Below are positions 1 to 13,620 of a stretch of 64,000 nt of DNA, piece by piece. The notes beneath the pieces were generated by a model, which did no database searches, was not told where the DNA came from, and saw only the letters and a list, made by a program, of their open reading frames with translations. The DNA lies in assembly GCF_964355755.1 (NCBI RefSeq), contig NC_092678.1, positions 11,344,352 to 11,408,351 on the forward strand, in the 5' to 3' direction. The first letter of the stretch is position 1; every line of letters begins with the position of its first letter. Both the position numbers and the translations under genes were made by a program. Source of the DNA: Antedon mediterranea. Its lineage: Eukaryota; Animalia; Echinodermata.

Positions 1-1054
1 TCGTTGGTTAGCCATATTGATTCATGATTCGATATAACTCATCACCTTCCAGAATATGTAATTGAAAAAAGGTTCACCTCGTAGTTTAGAATCTATGATT
101 GTTTAAAAAAAGGTATAATTTTGACGAAGTTTTCAACTTTTTTCTTAAAAACACGCGCAAATTGTACAATTCGACGTGCTCGTATGACGTAATTTTAAGT
201 CGAAATTGTTTTAAAATTGGTAAAATTACTATAAAAGGTTGGAAAAACATAATTCGCGCAAAAAAAAAGATGTTTTTAGCGTTATGTGCGCACCACGAGC
301 GTAAATTGTTCGCACAGGTGGGAATTTTTGACATGCTCAATCAGCGTAGAAAGTTGATTAGAAATTAATTTTGCGTATTTTTTATTTTAAATGCGCGTGC
401 ACGCATAACTTCGTGTGAAATATGCCATTTTTAATGCACAAGAAGTTAGCGCAAGATATAAATTAAACTTTTGCTAAGTTTCAATTTAAATTGTTATATA
501 GTTTTAAATCTATGTTAAATACGTGAAATTCATAATATCGCGCGTAAGTCACGTAGCGCATTTCGGACGTCATTCACAATAGGAGGTGCACAACTTCACG
601 TGAATGCCCATATGTTGACAAAGTTATGAAATGTTATGTTTACACGTTTTTGAGATACACGAGACACAAAAATGAAAGAGAAATGCGCGTGCGCGCGTAA
701 CTACTTGTAAAATATGCCATTTTTAATCCGCAAAAAGTTTGCCCTTGATATGACTTAAATTTTCACAAAGTGTCCATAAAAAATCACTTTTAGTTTTTAC
801 CTTATGATAAATCATTGAAATTCATAAAATCGCGCGTAATTCACGTTGCAGAACTCTGAAGTCATTCAAAAATAGGAGGTGCACAACTTCACGTAAATGC
901 CCACATGTTGTCAAAGTTATGAAACGTTATGTTTACACATTTCAGAGAAACGCGATCCACAAAAAAGGAAGGAAAGAAATAAGAATAATACAGAAAAAAA
1001 AAATGATGATCCCATACAATAACAAGGAGTTATCCGCCAAGTGCGGATAACTAA
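1..1054 (-). mobile_element. Helentron-type non-autonomous element (HINE/DINE-like), 5' part, cut by the window edge
   Basis: Hairpin TTATCCGC-CAAGT-GCGGATAA at 1030-1050; ~292-bp internal tandem unit (starts at 389 and 681); 80-200 is similar in reverse complement to 56930-57040. Confidence 0.6.
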
Positions 1055-1828
1055 TTATATCTTTAAGAGCATAATACAGAAGTTGGTTGTCATTACATCT
1101 CATTCCAAGGAATAAAAGTCTGGAATGCATTGCCAGATAAATTAAAAGAGATCACATCAATTTTTAGTTTTAAACTTGCACTTATCCCTTGTTTCCCTAA
1201 ATGCATCATCCATTGTTTAATAGTTATCAAATACTTTGTGTTGTGTAAGAGACTTTATGTAGACTTACTTATTATGTTTATGCTTATCATGTTATATTAT
1301 TTATTGATAATTGTAGATTCCCACACTAAAAGCTATTAAGCTTACAATAGGTACCAATTTCACTCAAACCATTATGTTAATATTTATCTATATAATTTTT
1401 TCTGTTGTGGTGAAATTTGAATTGAAATAAATGTCTTCTGCCAATAATGAAATACTGCATCAATATCAGGAGGAGTGTCAAGATCAAACCCAATCATGAT
1501 ACAAAAGAAGTTGCTGAGAGTGACACAAGAGCGTCCCGGATAAAGCTACAGTTACTATAATAATTATTTTTATTAATTAACCACCAAGTACTTTACTCAT
1601 GACTGAACAAAATAATTATATTGTTGATTATAGTAAAAGAACCCTGATTAGAATTGATGGTTAAAAGCTTGGGTTTGGCAGCATCAATTTAACTGTTCCA
1701 TTATTCAAAATGTGCTATTTTTTTTACCATTTTGTTCTGTTAATATTAAAGACTATTCTCCAGTTTTAAAATAAATGTTGAATTTTAATAAAAATGTACT
1801 TACATTTGTAAGTGTTGTTGATTTTTAG

Positions 1829-1980
1829 AAAAAGTTGCAAAGAAATCTTTATCACAAAGGCAGGGAGGTGAAGAAGAGCCTGGAATGCGTGTTTGTAGAA
1901 ATTGTAAGAAGATGGTCCTGCGGGTACATCAACAAAACCAGGAAGGTTTTGTAAAGACAGATATTGTGCAACTATATGAG
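1829..1980 (+). CDS. RBSN: RBSN exon (end of FYVE domain)
   Basis: ttttag|...tatgag|gt; encodes GEEEPGMRVCRNCKKMVLRVHQQNQEGFVKTDIVQLYE. Confidence 0.85.
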
Positions 1981-4900
1981 GTCAAGTTCTGAACCAAATT
2001 GTAACAAAAATGAAATGTTAATTTGTCATTAAAAGCAGCAATGCCATACTAATAGCCTTAACCTACATAGTGTTGGCGGCCACATGCCTAATTTTTCTTA
2101 TGGTAGGACAAATTTAAACTTGGTGGATTTGCTTACTTTTTTCCAGAGACAATAAACGACAGTTATTTCCCTTTGCGTTGAATTTGCCGACAGTTTCCAT
2201 GGCATCGGTAACTTGTACCTGGCTAAAGGGTCTTTTACACCTGTTCGGCACAGAAAATCGAATGTCAATGTTCCGTTTTCACGCAGCTAAGCTGTTGATT
2301 GCCATATCGCCAGTCGTTGAATATGAAATGTCACACCAAAATCATTCCGGGCCAAAATCGGTCCGGCGGATCAGTTTTGATACAAGTAGTTTTAAAAAAC
2401 CTTCTTTTCAAATTGCTGTTCTATTGTTAGTCAATTAAAATAAGTTAAATGCTGGTTTCCATTACACCAAATTTGCATACACATGGTTGTAGTGAAATTA
2501 GCCTATTAAATCACACATAGCATTAAGACACAAAAATAAAAATAAAAATTATATTTTTTTTCCCGGTAAAATCATATGTAGGAGAATTTTACAGTAAGCG
2601 GAGGTACTGTATGCACTCTCGGAGTGCCGTTCTAGTTTCATATATTTTTTGTAACAATTTTTCGATTAATGTTTAATATTTATGTATTTCTTGCCTAATT
2701 TTATATTAAGAAATAATATCTGCAATTCAGCTTTCATTGGTTGCAATATAAAAATGTTCAAGTTTTTAGTTTTTAACTTAAACTTTCTGAAATTTGTAAA
2801 ATATTATTTATCTTATTATATACATACACTATGTATTGTAAAAATGTGCAATGATTTTAATTTCAGAAACTATCAAATGTCAAAGAACAATTGTATACAG
2901 ACATACCAAGATACAATGCTATTGCCGAATCCTTAAAGTAAGAATGATACATTAATTTGCCATATACAGTACTGTATAACACATTTAACCTAGTACCCCA
3001 TTCCGTGACCAAAATCCTCTTGGAAAACAGGCATAATTAATCAACAAAAAAGATGTCCTACTCTATTTGGAGGTTCATGATCAAATATGTGTGGGCATGT
3101 GGCACAGTATGTTGTACATTGGATTACTCATTTTGTGGTTATGAGTTCGAATTCAACTCATTCCACATTGCTTGTATCCTCAGGCAAGATACTAGTTATG
3201 TTCGCCTCTCTCCACCTGGTTTATAAATGGGTACCCGGTTAGATCAAGACACAACTTTGAGCGGATTACTAGCTGCATTATGTGAGGGAGTGTGTTTCCA
3301 TATGTGTTTGATATTGAAAGTGAGGTTTGAATTTAGGAACAACAAAGTCATGCTTGGTTACTCTGATAACTTAACTTTAGTCAAATCTTTGGATAAATAA
3401 AAATTCAACTAGCAGCTATCAATGCACCATGACCAGCACACTTTGATTTAGTGACGAGGAGGTTCCAACTGTTAAGGGGTGTTTGGCCTACACATTATCT
3501 CTAATATTATGCAATGTTACATCTGGGCAAAGCGATAGAAAATTATTGTATATGAATAATATAATATATGAAATTGTTTATCCTTATCCGAAGAATTCTA
3601 CAGCAATAGGTACAGTAAGGCTGTTGTGATCAAATAATTTCTTGGGGAAAGATAATAGAAAATCTGGTTTGCGTAGTATTGCATGAACATTTTTGGTTTG
3701 ATTTTTCATAGGTCAACTAAATCTCATTATTCAGAAACTGTTTTCCGATGCATTAATTTAATAATTTTTTAATTGCAGTTTTCAAAAATCATCCTAATCT
3801 ATTGATCCACATGTCTTGCTGTTTTACTTACTGTAATTCAATTTACCGTAGGTCCATAATTTTTACATTTTGAAACAATGCACTATAGTTCTGTTGAATC
3901 TTTTTTATTTTCTTTTTAGCTCTGGTGAGATGGACCATGATCTCAATTATGCAACTGAGTTCAGAGGCCAAGTTCTTAAACTATTTGATCTAATGGATTT
4001 GATAAGGTATTCCACCATTTTACAATAACAGTGCCGAAGCTTACATGCGGCAGATGAGGCGGTCAGACCATCATTTTGAAAAATGCAATTGCAATCCTCC
4101 TCGTATATCTCTGCTCCTAAAAATGATCTAAGGAACTGAGAGCCAAAAAATACATGGTCCTTAAAGAGACTTTTGGGTTAATGTCAAAAAATTATTTGTA
4201 ACAAAATACTGAGCTGTTTAAAAGATCAAACAATCGGCAGTTATAAAAAACACAGGCATCTGAAGCTTTGTTCCCACTAGGATGCAACGACATAAAGCAC
4301 AACGCAAGTAATTTGACCAACCACAAACTGTCATCTGTCATGGTCAACTTGGTTGGGTTGTGACGTACGTCCTTGTGTTGCGTCCTAGTGGAAACTAAAC
4401 ATTTCATTGCTAAAAATATGCAGGCCTACACTGTTTAGGATATATATTTAAATATTTCATATAAATAAGCCTCTAAGTGTTGTTCCAGGCGGAGCTATAC
4501 ATTCATGGTTTAATATTCAATATGGTAGACCAAATATTCATGCTACAATCAGTGTGGTTAATGACTTAAAAAACAAAACATGAATTACCCGGTCTGATAT
4601 TTTGTGTATTCTATTATGTGAAATTTATTGTGAAGATTAGTGCATGATAAAATGCTATGGTAAAACAAGGCCATATACATGACTGCAGTCGCGTGCGCAA
4701 ATTTGAGTTAGTGTTTACCGACCGACCAACATATAGATAATATCAACTTAAATATGTGTAGCAAATATGACCTAGTTACCTAATGAAACATGTTCTGTGC
4801 AAATTTCTGCAAGGGTATGGTACATGAGTTGTGGATGGTACTGTATTATGAATTGTATGTGTGAGAGAGTATCATTTCCGGCCATTAAAATTATTCCATA

Positions 4901-5515
4901 AATATGAATACTATAACATTAGCGGTTTATTTATTTTACAGTAAAAAAATCTTGACTCTGGGAATGAAAAGTGAACCTCTACCACCAGCAAGATTTCAAA
5001 ATTTGCAAAAAAAGATTCGTATGTATGCTACTAATTTTATGCAAGATCAGATGCTCCAGTTACAAACACTTCCAACTGAAGATGAACTGGTGTTCTTGCA
5101 TGAGCAACGGAAGTTGGCGATTTCTCAACGGATCACACAAGAAAGGAAGGAAGCTTTAGAGGTACAACGATTGGAGCAAGAACGACAAGAAAAAAAGAGG
5201 ATTCAACAGATAAAAGGTCATCAAAGGAATACTAGTTGGCCATCAATGGCATGGGCAAAAGGTACAGATACCATGAGAATGAAAGTAGATCATGACAGAT
5301 CTATAGGCAGTACAGGTGATGAGTCAATAGGATGGAAACCACAAGTGATTGATCAAACAAAATTAGGTGCAGAGGACAACCCGTTAGAACAGCAAATTAC
5401 TATCATATCAAACTTCCTTGAGCAGGCAAAAAAGGCTGGAAAAATCGATGAGGTTAAAATATTGCAAGACAACCTTCAAGATTTGGAGAAGGAAATGCAT
5501 TTAAAGAAACTTTAA
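1829..5515 (+). CDS. RBSN: Rabenosyn-5 (ZFYVE20), 3' part; join(1829..1980,2867..2937,3920..4006,4942..5515)
   Basis: GT-AG exons splice in frame: end of FYVE (RVCRNCKK), DIVQLYE, SKKILTLG, LPTEDEL, and Rab-binding hairpin NPLEQQITIISNFLEQAKKAGKIDEVKILQDNL; 5' exons not found in the window. Confidence 0.9.
2450..2636 (+). mobile_element. HINE 3' fragment
   Basis: GCGGAGGTA subTIR, GCACTCTCGGAGTGC hairpin, CTAGTT end; similar in reverse complement to 52375-52560. Confidence 0.55.
2867..2937 (+). CDS. RBSN: RBSN exon
   Basis: tttcag|KLSNVKEQLYTDIPRYNAIAESL|gtaaga; phases consistent with neighbours. Confidence 0.85.
3090..3330 (+). mobile_element. tRNA-derived CORE-type SINE (degraded)
   Basis: A-box-like TGGCACAGTA, B-box GTTCGAATTC, CORE-like TGTATCCTCAGGCAAG...TATAAATGGGTACC. 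Confidence 0.55.
3920..4006 (+). CDS. RBSN: RBSN exon
   Basis: ttttag|SGEMDHDLNYATEFRGQVLKLFDLMDLI|gt. Confidence 0.85.
4264..4400. mobile_element. Small MITE; related copy at 35601-35742
   Basis: Inverted ends TTCCCACTAGGATGCAAC / GTTGCGTCCTAGTGGAAA. Confidence 0.55.
4942..5515 (+). CDS. RBSN: RBSN last coding exon
   Basis: ttacag acceptor at 4941; in frame with ORF 4904..5515; Rab-binding motif before TAA. Confidence 0.9.
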
Positions 5516-6165
5516 ATAATACAAATCAGGACGTCATATTTTTATTATGTACTTTTATGTACAGTACAAATATTTTTTCTGTATATTATACTCTAAAGCC
5601 ATTATGATGCTTTCAGAATATGTAATACAACTTGTGGATACCCATTCATTCTAAGGAGCTACACCATAACTAATTAAAAGTAGGCATGGTTTTGGCTTAC
5701 AGTATGTCACTTTATGTCAAGCAAAAAATATGTGCACTAAATGCACATGGTTATTTTCTAAAAATGGCTAATGGGAATTTGTATACAGTATATACATTGT
5801 TAATCAATTCATAACTGTAGATAGTGATACTAGTAGTGCAATTTGGCACAAGTCTTTTTTTGGTATTTTTATATTTCATATGCCTATCCATTGAACACAA
5901 ACAATAATGTTAACATTCAGTTCCTGAGATAGGTTTTTAATGCTTTTCAAAAACAATTAATTTTGAGATTTTTTAACAATTTTTGGGTAGGTAAAAGGTA
6001 CAGTTTTTCTTGATTCAAAAAAATAATAAAATTTGAACAAAGCAAAGAAAAAGCAACATATCTGTATAGCAACTGTATGAATGTTGGAGCTTCTATGATG
6101 AGGATAAAAGTAATGTTTTCTCGGGTCGTATTCTTCCACAAGTGCAATGTTATAAAGTACATATA

Positions 6166-8981
6166 TAGTCCAGTAAAAATATGGTTGGACCTAGAACAAA
6201 TTGCAACAGAATTTTTTTTATTTTATCTGGTTGATATGGTCCAAATAAACATCATATCCAAAGTTTACCAAAATCGAACATCGAAAAGTGGATTAATTAG
6301 CATAAATTCAAAATGGCCACCATTTTCTATTTTAAAGCCCCATATCTCTTTAACGGTTGGATTTAGACCACCTAAGTGCATTACGATTAGATATAAATGT
6401 GATATTAAACATTCTAATTAGGTTATTTGAATTCCCATATGAAGTACCTATGACGTCATATGCTAGTTGTGACGTCATATATTGTGTTATAACTTCTTAA
6501 ATGACATTATATTATGCGAACAATTTACAAACTGCAGGAAAACAAGTTTCTTAACATTCTCCTTGTTGAAATAAACATCATTTCCAAAGTTTACCAAAAT
6601 CGGACGCCAGGAAGTGGGTTAATTAGCATAAATTCAAAATGGCCGCTATTTACTATACCATTTTGAAGCCCTGTATCTCCTTAACGGTTAGATTTAGACC
6701 ACCTAAGTGCATTGCGAGTACAGTAGATATAAATGTGATATTAAACTTCTCAATTAGCACATTTAAATTACCATATGACGTAACTATGACTTCATAAGGT
6801 AGTTGTGACGTCATATATTATGTTATAAATCAATCAAAATCAATCAATCAACTGCTTAAATGACACTATCCTATGCTAAAAAATGTAGAAACTGCAGGAA
6901 AACAAAACATTTTCCTGTTCAAATGAACATGATATCCAAAGTTTTCCAAAATCGGACTTAAAGAAGGGGGTTAATTAGCATAAATTCAAAATGGCCGCTA
7001 CCATTTTGAAGCCCCATATCCCCTATAACGGTTGGCTTTAGACCACCTATGTGCATTACGAGTAGATATAAATGTGATGTTAAAGTTTCAATTAGCATTT
7101 AAATTATCATATGACGTACCTATGACATCATATGGTAAATGTGATGTCATAAAATGTCGCAATACTGTTCAAATGACATATCCTATAAGGAAAATGTAAA
7201 ACCCATATCATTGTCTTATTTACAAAGTCTCATGAAAATAGTAATTCTACAGAACAGTTATGAAAGGTTGTGATCATCAACTGTATTTCCGCAACTGATT
7301 TGCACACATCTTGTTTTGTGTTTGCTACAACTGCATCTTTTAGAACTTCATCTCTTTAAATAAAAAATATTGTAACGAGGCCATTGTCTGTGGGTCAGGC
7401 TATTCAAACCCATCCCACAAACTCATCTCAATTCCCCAACTGGGTTTATCACAGTTTCCCATCCAAAATTAAGATGACACATTAAATGATAAATGTCATA
7501 CTGTAGTTTCGGTATAGTCAGCATCTCCATTCTGCTTTCAAAGTTGCTATTTCACTGCATATTACAACTTTTTATGACATAATTTTATGACATCAGTTAA
7601 AGATACTGCTTAACACATCACCGGAATTCAAAAGGGTTGTTAAGGTTATTATAAAGTCATTTTCAAACTTGCCACTACTCATTACAGTATTTAATTTTTC
7701 GACAACAAGCAGTATTCAACTTCTTTGACAGAAAATGTCAGAAAAATGGAATACAAACTTTGAATGCAGATGGGGGATCTATTAAATCTTTTACTTTGCC
7801 ATCATTAAAAAAAAAACGATTGCGTTTTAAGACAGAAGTGAACAGTAGTGGAATAATCGGTAGTTAAAGAAAACATCTTAAGGAGCAAATTTGCAACATC
7901 TTTGTAACGTTCTACATTTGCAAAGAAAGAGAGGGATGAATTATATTCGAAGTAAGAACTGCTCAGTCCAAAATTAACATGCTGTGCCTACATGTATGGT
8001 GGAAATATTTTGACGGCACCAACTATTACATTTTCTATGTATGTACTTTGGATAGGAAACTCTGATCCAACTCCATATTTAGGATGGGGTCGAATTATTA
8101 AACCCCAGACTCATTACAGACTTAAGAATCTCTTTTCTTTAAATTAGATTGCAGTTATAAATAGATGCAGTTGCAGAAAATTAACTGCATGTTGTGAAGG
8201 GTGGTCGAATTACTTCAGCTAGATACCCATGATCTTAATCTGGATGTGTTAAATGTTCTACTACTACTTTCCTACGGTTTCTATATTTTTCCCTTAGAAT
8301 AATGGCAATTGAGCATTATTGTGACATCATATGACGTCATAACTATCTTATGACATCAGAGGTACATTATATGGTAATTTAAATATGCTAATTGGAAAGT
8401 TTAATATCACATTTATATCTACTCGCAATGCACTTAGGTGGTCTAAAATCAACCGTTAAGGAGATACGGAGCTTCAAAATGGTATAGTAAATAGTGGCCA
8501 TTTTGAATTTATGCTAATTAACCCACTTCCTGATGTCCGATTTTGGTCAACTTTGGAAATGATGTTCATTTCAACAAGGAGAATGTTAAGAAACTTGTTT
8601 TCCTGCGGTTCCTAAATTGTTCACATATAGTATGTCATTTAAGCAGTTATAACATGATATATGACGTCACAACTACCATATGACGTCATAGGTACGTCAT
8701 ATGTAAATTTTAATATGCTAATTAGAATGTTTAATATCACATTTATATCTACTCGTAATGCACTTAGGTGGTCTAAATCCAACCGTTAATGAGATTATGG
8801 GGCTTCATAATAGCAATGGCGGCCATTTTGAATTTATGCTAATTAACCCACTTCCCGATGTCTGATTTCAGTAAACTTTGGATATGATGTTCATTTGAAC
8901 CATATTTACCAGGCAAAAAAAAAAATTCTGTTGCAATTTGTTCTAGGTTCACCCTATTTTTGACTTATCTTGACTGGACTA
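6166..8981. mobile_element. Non-autonomous long-TIR DNA transposon, Academ-like
   Basis: TAGTCCAGT...ACTGGACTA termini, ATA on both flanks, ~650-bp inverted arms made of ~330-350-bp subrepeats. Confidence 0.75.
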
Positions 8982-9799
8982 ATATAGTATATTTTACAAT
9001 AGCAAAGTTCCATAAAGTACATCGGATAACAAATTACCTTCATTGCAGCTGACTAGTCCTGTTTCCTTTAATTTGTTTTTTTAATCAGTCAGTTGACTGG
9101 GTTCTGTTTCCATAATACAGTTCTTTCTTTCTGGCAGCATTTTAAAATGCTACTAGTGCAGATGACAACTCCAACTTCAAAATTGGTCAGTATGACTTGC
9201 CATCTCCTATTTATGTGGTGTCTCTTTGGTGTCCCAAAGTAATTTAAAAAAAGTTAGCTTCTTTGATTGTGTTTATCATATGTAAAAATGTATGTTTGAA
9301 TCATTTGTGCTATGCTGATGTTATGTTTCGTATTATTTATTCAACCAAGTAAAAAAAAAAACATGTATAATAGTACATAAAATAAATGATCTGATTCAGT
9401 TAGCTGCCTCTGATTCAGCCCTTTGAAGGCTAGTGGTTTTTTATCTTTTGTGGTTAACCACCACCACCTTTATTCATTCATTATTTTCAATTTTTTATAC
9501 ATCTTCTACCTTTTTTCTTCGTAAAATTCTATTTTTGTATCCTCTTTAATATTATTTTAACACATATTTCATACTAATATTAAAACTAATAATACTAACA
9601 ACATTACTGAACATTGTTAATGTTAAATCATACTTATATTTACAGTAATGCTAACAAATTGTAGCATTTTTCTTTTTTTTTATTTTCTATATTTCATAAA
9701 ACAGTATACATTACTTAACTTGGTTACCGGTACATTACAAAATAATAATAAAGTAACCTTTTCAAGTTACAAAACATATATATGGCTATTTTTATACAT

Positions 9800-10520
9800 A
9801 AATATCAAAACAGATTTCATATAAACAAAAAAAAATAATGATACAAAATAAAAGTTCAGCTATTTTTAAAAACAATTACTTTTCAATTTCTTAATACCTC
9901 TCATATACAGATTTGAAGTGATTTATGTGAGATTTTTGTTCGTTAACTTAGCAGTTATAAATATACAATTTTGCAATCAATTTGCATGATTATTTCTATG
10001 ATTTTCAATACCAAAACATTTTCTTTAAGTAAGTTTAAGTTACTTTTCTTTTAACTGTTCCTCCACATGATATCAATTACTTTGCATTCCACGAACATGT
10101 GTATCAAAGTTTGTTTTTTTTTTCTAAACAAAATTCACAAATTGGTGATTTAACAATTTATCTTATGTAAAAAAGAGTAAATTTTTATTGAAAGTTTTTA
10201 AGTTTCGGATTGATTGTGCATTTATGCAAAGTTGTGAATATCATATCCCATTTCAATTGTGTATTATCAAGTTCATTTTCCCATCTGGACTCGATTCTAT
10301 CGGGCACTGTTGCATATTTTTTAACGTAATGAGAATACAAGTGTTTACAGCTTCTTTTTGTTTTCATCAAATTATTTATTTTAGAATTTTCGATTATTAA
10401 ATTTGATGGGTTTGTATCGGTATTCTCAAATATTATTTGCTTCCAGTGCCTTGGAATCGAGTGTACAATTTGATGGTAAAGTAAAAAATTTGATTTAAAA
10501 TTATTTTTTTATTTATTAAA
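9800..10520 (-). mobile_element. L1/Tx1 LINE 3' remnant
   Basis: Degenerate W...LHKCTINPKLKNFQ and CEFC...TLIHMFVEC zinc-finger-like peptides. Confidence 0.6.
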
Positions 10521-11474
10521 ATTCCTTTTCTATCATACATTTATATCATACACATATATATCATAAGACATGTTTTTATATTTATAGTATTACAATATAT
10601 CACTTATTACATTTTAGCCTCCATATTTATTTTCTCATTAATAGGGCTTTCATCTTTTATTTGAGTATAAAAAAACATAAATGTAACCTATAAGAGGTTT
10701 TATCATTTTCTAAATGAATATATTTGTAGTGTATAATTATAATTTCTTCTGACAATGTGTCGACTCTGATAAATCATTTTAATTTTTAACAAATATGTAT
10801 ACCTTTAGGCAAATATATCATTTTTTAAAAGAATACATATAAATATACATATATATCTTGTAATTTACATTATCTTATACTTAATGTGGTGTTAACAATA
10901 GTATATAGCAAATACATTTCTTATTTTCTTCATCTTTAAAGCACTTTATAAGTATGTTCTACATTGTTACATTTATCTGAATCATATTGCCTAAAATATT
11001 TATACTCTTGTGTAACTTTTATAAATGAGAATGAATAGCATAATCAGTCATTACAATCAATGAAAACTAAATAAAAAGAGGCATCACACAGTAACAGGCT
11101 ATTGAGTGAATAAAAGGTCCATATTTTTAGAACTTTTAACACTTTGGCTTTAAACTTGTGTGCGAGAAAAACGTCTGTAAAATCATCAATCTAAATGTAT
11201 TTGTTACTTTTTATGTGATTCTTTTTCATAAAAGTGCCAATTCTAAGGTGTGGCGTATTCAGAATAAATGTTGGGAGTTAAAATACAAGGCAGGTGCGAA
11301 AGATAAATATTTGTAATCTTAGGTCTTGGGTCTTAGCTTTCGTGATCTTAGGTCTTAGGGGGTCTTAGGTTTCGTGACACCCCCCATTCATTTTACTTGA
11401 GATATTTGGAGAGGTAAATTTCTATACTATTTGTATAGATATAATTTTTTTTTAAGTTCATGGTTATTAACATC

Positions 11475-12200
11475 GGGTGTCTAGAAAACTCAGATCTCAG
11501 ATATATCTGAGTTTTCTAGATCTAGAAAAGTCAGATATCTGAGTTTTCTAGATCTAGAAAACTCAGATATCTGACTTGTCTGGATCTAGAAAACTCAGAC
11601 ATCAAATAGATCGTTCCATTATTATTAGAGGGTAGCATATTTGAAATACTACACAATATTTTACGTTTTCTTACTAATAATAATAATGATTGTAACTTGC
11701 AGTAGCAGCCTACGACTTAAATCATAAAGAAATACAACATAAACCTTTTAAAATGTAGGCTTAGCATTTAGGCCTAGCTAAGCAAACTCAAGGCTCAACG
11801 TGTGGGCGCTATGTTATCGCGATGTATTGTAAAGAGTAGGCCTGGTCCTACAGTACTAGACTAGAAGTGGTCAACTCGTACCCAAAATAACTCGTACCTA
11901 TTCCCAACTTGGCTAACTCGTACCTCAACCAACTCGTACCCACACCAACTCGTACATGTCTCATTTTTAAGCCTACATTTTAACGGTAACATGCACTGTA
12001 TTTTCTTTATGATTTAAGCCATAGTAAGAAAACGTACACAGTAATCAGTTTTAATAATATTTCAAATGACCTACCTGCTGATTAATAATGGAACGATCCA
12101 AATGACCTACCAACCAATCAAATGATGATCTGAGTTTTCTAGTTCCATTTTGGAACTAGAAAAGTCAGATATATCTGAGATCTGAGTTTTCTAGACACCC
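11475..12200. mobile_element. Foldback MITE with 9-bp TSD (MULE-like)
   Basis: GGGTGTCTAGAAAACTCAG...CTGAGTTTTCTAGACACCC; TSD ATTAACATC at 11466-11474 and 12201-12209. Confidence 0.85.
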
Positions 12201-12799
12201 ATTAACATCTGCATTTTGATTATTTATCTTTCTTTTCCAGTTGTATGGAATTGAGTTTTTTTATTTTCAAGAATTCTGCTACCCAATTTTTGTTTTCGTT
12301 TTAATTTTCTTAATAATGTGTCCGAATTTATAAACCCATATTTATTTACAACGTCTCTTATTGTTATAAAACCGGAATCAATCCAGTGTTTAAAGTACAG
12401 TAACAGAGGATTTCTCTTTAGGATAAAATCTTATTATTACCCCATATATTAATTGTTTCATTATGTCATTACCATTATCTGGTTGTCACATTAGTCATAT
12501 TTAGACAGCAGTCCCTCGGTCTTATTTTGGAGAAGTAGAATAGTGAAATTTCTTTTCACTTTTTAATCCAGTTTATATGTAGCGTCTTTATTTGGACAGA
12601 GAAGTCACGAATGTTTAAAAGTTTATATTCATAACGAGGTGGACATGTACGCAACGTACAAGAAACGTGAACAGAACGTTGCGATACTATACTTTATGGT
12701 TAAACGTACACTAACGAAGTCCGAACGTGTTAATATAGCGTTGATAACTTATGCCGAACGATAGATATTTACTTACTATACATGTAGTAATAATTAGAA

Positions 12800-13620
12800 C
12801 TAGATTTAATTCGTCACTATGACGAATTATAGGTTATATGCATTGATTTAAATAAAGATAATTGATTTTTAAAAGATATATTGACTGATTGATTTTCTCA
12901 GAATCAATGCAAATACAATATTCGGTATCACAATCCGATCAAAGATCCCTCTGCATATGAAGTCATCAACCACATTTGTTACATAATAAAGACATAGGTT
13001 ACTTTTTATCTAGATTTTAATTATAAAATCATGTGTACAATCTATACACTAAGAAATAAAATTGAACAAACAATACGGATAATAAAAAAAAAATCTTATT
13101 TCGTTTTGTTTCCCAAGGTGAGACTCGATCTCGGTACCTTGAATGCCATAGACACGAGCACAGACCACCACCGAGCGATACACAACTGACTAAAAGTTGT
13201 AGAAAGACTCCTCCGTGTATTTACTATGCAGTAACCACTTTGGTGCAGATAGATTATTACATACCGCGATGAATTATACTTTTTTACTATGATGATATTG
13301 TTAAAAAAAAATTTTAAATGATGCACTGTCAAACTATATACTTTTAACTTTAATATATGAACATTTTAAGGAAGAAGTTAATTTTAAGTTTGTTATTTCG
13401 GCCTAAAAAATGTCATAATTTTTTGATTGTCGAAACAAATTTTGTTTTATTTAAAATGCAATTAATGATGACTTTATCAACTTTTGTTCTCTTAATTTCA
13501 TAATAAATCATACATATGATATATACACAAAATGAAATAAAAAATATGTGTTCCCGAGCATTCTGACGATCTATATTATCTATTTATATATTTAGGTAAG
13601 GGCAAAATTCGCTAAATCGC
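12800..13620 (-). mobile_element. HINE 3' part
   Basis: CTAG end next to hairpin AATTCGTCA-CTA-TGACGAATT and subTIR GTTATATGCA; 12850-13440 similar in reverse complement to 29060-29620. Confidence 0.6.

Noticed and set aside
86-1339. Short ORFs of 60-90 aa here and similar ones across the window
   Set aside because: Lie in repeats or AT-rich introns, lack motifs, and many start at non-ATG codons
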